The notes under the pieces are model-generated. The model saw nothing but the letters and a program-made list of their open reading frames with translations, made no database searches and was not told the origin of the DNA. A DNA stretch of 64,000 nucleotides from Tubiluchus corallicola (Eukaryota > Animalia > Priapulida): assembly GCA_030141605.1 (NCBI GenBank), contig JAQGDQ010000811.1, positions 1 to 64,000 on the forward strand, read 5' to 3'. Both the position numbers and the translations under genes were made by a program. Shown here piece by piece: positions 25,364-64,000 of the stretch (the first letter of the stretch is position 1; the number at the start of each line of letters is the position of its first letter).

Positions 25364-26364
25364 GCATTTATACATATATTAAAATTGCATAAAAGAATGA
25401 ATCAGCAGGCGCATGCGCACTTGTGCTGATCCTATAAGACATAAAAAGATGCACAAAAATAAAATTTCTAAAAACAGTAACTTAAAATTGAATATCTCTC
25501 ATTAAAAGGTCCTAAAAATGTACCTAAATATGAATTATGTACTTTATACAACACGTTTTATACACTAATACGATTTGGAGAGAACCAGTTACGCCAATGA
25601 CAATGTTACGTGTTTACGGATAAAGTTGCAATGGGGCAGTAAATTAACATTAGTTAATCTTTTAGTGAAAACTAACAAACTGACATTTCTAACTATAAAA
25701 CATGAAACTAATATATAGTACTGTTGTATAGATATTTCCAGGCCTGATGGTAGCCGCATTTATTTGGAAATTATGACGTAACTGGTGTGGACTTCGTCAC
25801 TTTTCGTAACGGCAACGTGGCTTTCCGTAAACGCGCGATGCCTAAACTAATTCTTGTTTCTGCTTGTCGCAAAATTACCTACGTAGTTTTTCTTTGAAAA
25901 AAACTTATTATACTTTTGACGCAAATTGACAGTGGGTTGCTTTTCTTCAGCCGATGAACGATGACGTCATTGGTGGAAGAATGAGAGCGCCCAAGCGTGA
26001 AATGATCGCGACTTTAAAGATATTTCACTAATTTACGAGTCGTTTATGACACCTCTATTGCTAAATTTTTCTAACATTTTTCGCGAATATTTTAGTGAAC
26101 CCAACTTTTCAGAAGGCTTGGCCTAACCTTTAAAATAAAGTTCCTTAGTAGCTAACAACTATATACCAGTAACAGATTAAATTCTAGCAAATTTTGAATT
26201 AGCCAGAAAAGCAGTATTTTATTAGCAGTTTGGAAGTATAGAGACGAATAGCAAAACAGTTTGCTGGTTCTACCTTAAATAACAATCATCAGCTGGCTTC
26301 ACGAATGTAATAGCTCTCTTCAAGACGTAACTTTTTAGTAAGCATCGTTTTCATTAAAATTTTA

Positions 26365-26908
26365 AGAAAACCGGGTCCAATATTAAACTATAGCTCAAAA
26401 CAATCTGATCTATAAAATGTTGAAAAGTAACACATTGTTTTTTTAAGAACTATTTCTTCGTTGTTACACTCATTTTGCCATGCGCTAATTAGACGGACAC
26501 TAGTGCCTGCATCTCGGAAACGAGCTGCGCCTACCACTCATTTATCATTGTTCAGTTTTGACGTAGCGCACAGTTTCGAGAGCTCGTGCGAGAACACAGC
26601 TGAATACATGAAATTTAAATTTTTAGACTTAAAATTTGAAGATTTTTTGTGTATCACAGTAAATGTTGTACAGTACCACTGTACTTCAACTTTCGCTTTC
26701 GCAAACACGTGCAACACGCTCATGGAATTTTTGCGCTGTTGAAAATTATGTTAGTTTGTGAAGTCTAACTGGTTCATCAGTCGTTAATTAAGTTTTTAAT
26801 CTAGTACTTAATTATCACAAACACTTTGGCGTTATTATCAGTGCTAAAATGTATACGTTTTACCGCAGCTTAAAATGGGATAGAATATGACCAATCGTCC
26901 TGCTTCTT
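26365..26908 (+). mobile_element. Diverged Kolobok-like copy
   Basis: Shares the body (attagacggacactagtgcctgc, aacacgtgcaacacgctc, aaaattatgttagtttgtga) and the end cgtcctgcttctttaa with the 19722 family. Confidence 0.7.
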
Positions 26909-27141
26909 TAAATCTATACAACTTTATATAAGTCCATATAAGTCTATAACTTAAATTAAATATCGTTTCACGAGTGTTTACGATTAGCTATAAGTAACAC
27001 GAAACACGCTTTATACAAGCAGATGCAACAACAATATTATTTTATTTTGTGTTAACTTTCATCCTACTAAAAAAGTACACCTGCTTTTATCAATATCCCC
27101 AATTTTCTAGTAGGATTGTCAGTCATGATAAACGGAAAACG

Positions 27142-27166
27142 TCAAGCTAATAATCGGATGAAACGA
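27142..27166 (-). CDS. Candidate terminal exon of the receptor ((G)RFIRLLA*)
   Basis: Acceptor aactttcactttag| is used in phase with exon 12. Stop at 27144-27142, AATAAA on the minus strand at 27046-27041. There is no homology support. Confidence 0.35.
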
Positions 27167-27239
27167 CTAAAGTGAAAGTTTTAATAGGCAAATATAAACG
27201 GAGTTTAACAGTAAGCTAATCCTTGTAGTTACTCTGACC

Positions 27240-27725
27240 GGTAATAACGCCACGGGGAAGAAGTCACAAAATTTCGACTAGAAAAATGACACAGGAAAAT
27301 AAATAATTTTGGTTTGGTTTAGGATTAGAGATAGGGGTTAAGGTTAGAGCCAGGATTAGGATTATTTATTTTTTCCTGTGACTTTTTTATTGCGACTTTT
27401 TTTCTGCGATTTTTTTCTGTGAATTTTTTATTGTCACTTTTTTCTGTGATTTTTTCTGTGACTTTTTTATTGTCACTTTTTTCTGTGATTTTTTTGCTGT
27501 GAATTTTTTTCTGTTACTTTTCTATCTGTGACTTTTTTCCTGCGACTTTGCTGTGACTTTTTTCAGTGACTTTTTTGTGACTTTTTTACCTGCAGCCTTT
27601 TAACTGTGACTTTTTCTGTTACTATTCTACATGTGGATTTTTTTACTGTGACTTTTTTCTGTTACCTTTCTACCTGTGACTTTTGATGTGACTTTTTCTG
27701 TGACTTTTTTACCTGTGAACTTTCC
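27240..27725 (+). repeat. Non-autonomous element-like block with a TTAGG/TTAGGG-like tract and gtgactttttt ladder
   Basis: aagtcacaaaa / atgacacaggaaaa at the left end are inverted relative to many tgtgactttttt units. Central ttaggattagagataggggttaaggttag. Confidence 0.6.
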
Positions 27726-27981
27726 TTGAAGGCAGCAGCTAGTCGAAACATTTGGCATGATTTTAACTTCTAACTTTTTAATGTAAAACTTTTTAATAAA
27801 CGAACAGACGGACGAACAAACAAACGAACGAACGTATGGATGAGCGAACGAGCAAACAAACATATAATTAAAACAGCGATAGCTGATAACCTATTAGATT
27901 GTTTGACTATACAATAAATTTGGAATAAGAAGGGAATAAATAATAATAAATTTGGAATAAATAATACGAGTAAAGCCTTAC

Positions 27982-62117
<34,136 letters not shown>

Positions 62118-63057
62118 TAATATATCTATGTAATAATTCTATATTCACTGTCAGTTAATATTCACTAGCTTGTCAAATGCAATGAAATTATATATAAATT
62201 TCGTTTCTTGTAATGGCGGGTATCTCTGTCAGTAGCCTCTTCAAGATTATGGCGACAAATGTTTACTCGAGATGCTAAAATAGATAATAGAGTATTATGT
62301 GAGAAAGCAGTGCTCGCCAGCCTCCCAACGTCGCTGTCAACAATGGCACAGCTTCTTCCTGCGAAATGGCTTCCGTTTCACGGTGGGTGATTTCATACGA
62401 TTCTATCTAAGTAAACCACGTGAATGGATATTAGAGAAAAACGCGATAACGATATTGTTATTAGCAACTCTGCCAAACAATTCCAAGATTAGCTTTGTGT
62501 GCGCGTTTTTCGTATCTATGGCTAACCAGCTGCGTCTGTTAGTTATACAAATTTTAGCCAAAGCGAGATGTCTTTCAGCTTTAGAAGGTAAACTACATGA
62601 TAGCAAGATGAAGAAATGAACACTAGACATTCGTTAGTATGCTCGCAAGAAGTTTTTTTCTTTAAAAACTGGCTTTTGCTGCAAGAGTGGTTCAGATAGC
62701 GAACAACTTTTAATATCACGTTCAATCAGGCGCGGATTAATTTCTTTATAGTAACGACCAGTCGACTCGTGTTAAACTGGCGCTGACGCTGTTTACCTCT
62801 GCTTTTAACGTCACCTGTTTTGCGCACGCGCACTAGTTCCAACCGAACGTCTAGAGCGACTGCTTAATCAGGTTGTAAAATAGTTTCCTATTCCAATAAT
62901 CAGCTATAGCGGTAATAATAACAGTAATTTTAGTGAGCAGGCCCAGTGAGAGGGGGTCAGTCCGGGGCGGCGCTCGGGATGCCCATGAGTTTAGGGCCCA
63001 CAAAGCAAAGGAGGAAAAAAAGAGGGTGTACCTTCAGCAAGGTTGTACCTTTTGTTC

Positions 63058-64000
63058 TCTTTGAGTAGAATCCAGAGTGCTTCGTCATCTCATGAGCCGA
63101 ATCTCCACAAGCCACTCTTCCTACCCTTTTAGAGTAGAATCCAGAGTGCTTCGTCATCTCATGAGCCGAATCTCCACAAGCCACTCTTCCTACCCTTTTA
63201 GAGTAGAATCCAGAGTGCTTCGTCATCTCATGAGCCGAATCTCCACAAGCCACTCTTCCTACCCTTTTAGAGTAGAATCCAGAGTGCTTCGTCATCTCAT
63301 GAGCCGAATCTCCACAAGCCACTCTTCCTACCCTTTTAGAGTAGAATCCAGAGTGCTTCGTCATCTCGTGAGCCGAATCTCCACAAGCCAGTCTTCCTAC
63401 CCTTTTAGAGTAGAATCCAGAGTGCTTCGTCATCTCGTGAGCCGAATCTCCACAAGCCACTCTTCCTTCCCTTTTAGAGTAGAATCCAGAGTGCTTCGTC
63501 ATCTCATGAGCCGAATCTCCACAAGCCACTCTTCCTACCCTTTTAGAGTAGAATCCAGAGTGCTTCGTCATCTCGTGAGCCGAATCTCCACAAGCCACTC
63601 TTCCTACCCTTTTAGAGTAGAATCCAGAGTGCTTCGTCATCTCGTGAGCCGAATCTCCACAAGCCACTCTTCCTACCCTTTTAGAGTAGAATCCAGAGTG
63701 CTTCGTCATCTCGTGAGCCGAATCTCCACAAGCCCTCTTCCTACCCTTTTAGAGTAGAATCCAGAGTGCTTCGTCATCTCGTGAGCCGAATCTCCACAAG
63801 CCACTCTTCCTACCCTTTTAGAGTAGAATCCAGAGTGCTTCGTCATCTCGTGAGCCGAATCTCCACAAGCCACTCTTCCTACCCTTTTAGAGTAGAATCC
63901 AGAGTGCTTCGTCATCTCATGAGCCGAATCTCCACAAGCCACTCTTCCTACCCTTTTAGAGTAGAATCCAGAGTGCTTCGTCATCTCGTGAGCCGAATCT
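63058..64000. repeat. Minisatellite/satellite, 69-bp unit, >=13.5 near-identical copies, runs off the window
   Basis: Unit gagtagaatccagagtgcttcgtcatctc(a/g)tgagccgaatctccacaagccactcttcctaccctttta. It explains the 23-aa periodic ORFs. Confidence 0.97.

Noticed and set aside
25965-26011. Minus-strand SRSFHAWALSFFHQ*, a kinin-like FHAWA string
   Set aside because: There is no amidation Gly or dibasic site after it and the frame stops shortly afterwards. It is treated as coincidence.
25760-26330. Other AG-preceded open stretches as possible receptor exon 13 (near 26330, 26011, 25841)
   Set aside because: The acceptors are weak and there is no similarity to kinase-homology domain sequence. They cannot be supported without transcripts.
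62957-63984. 250-aa ORF with repeated ...YSKRVGR... resembling a multicopy neuropeptide precursor
   Set aside because: It is the translation of a 69-bp (multiple of 3) tandem repeat, is open on both strands, and has no signal peptide. The variation among units shows no sign of coding constraint.
63058-64000. CRISPR-like arrays (also 15545-16220, 32468-33472, 43305-43930, 50532-51478)
   Set aside because: The units are contiguous head-to-tail repeats with no unique spacers, there are no cas genes, and the context is eukaryotic.

Overview
AT-rich, repeat-dense animal genomic DNA, probably a protostome invertebrate. Two spliced host genes lie in tandem on the minus strand. (1) A natriuretic-peptide-receptor / receptor guanylyl cyclase-type gene. 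I assembled 12 phase-consistent GT-AG exons by hand (62117->27982), encoding a signal peptide, the ANF-receptor ligand-binding ectodomain, one TM helix and a juxtamembrane stretch. No kinase-homology or cyclase exon is visible downstream, so it looks like an NPR-C-like, cyclase-less receptor. (2) A small neuropeptide precursor (ATG 13353) with a signal peptide and KR-SAYYAWG-GKR, a leucokinin-like (F/Y)xxWG-amide. Its intron carries a young BEL/Pao LTR retrotransposon (6389-12640) whose N-terminal gag segment is inverted. The rest is transposon debris, tandem repeats and one 135-N gap. The debris comprises a BEL solo LTR, an AGT..ACT solo LTR, CR1/L2-like and RTE-like LINE fragments, a 5S-headed SINE, Penelope-type foldbacks with hammerhead-like motifs, and Kolobok/hAT/pogo/Tc1-type non-autonomous elements. 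The tandem repeats are minisatellites with 24, 29, 39, 46, 60 and 69-bp units and many long microsatellites, which generate most of the spurious ORFs in the track. All gene models are manual and have no transcript support.
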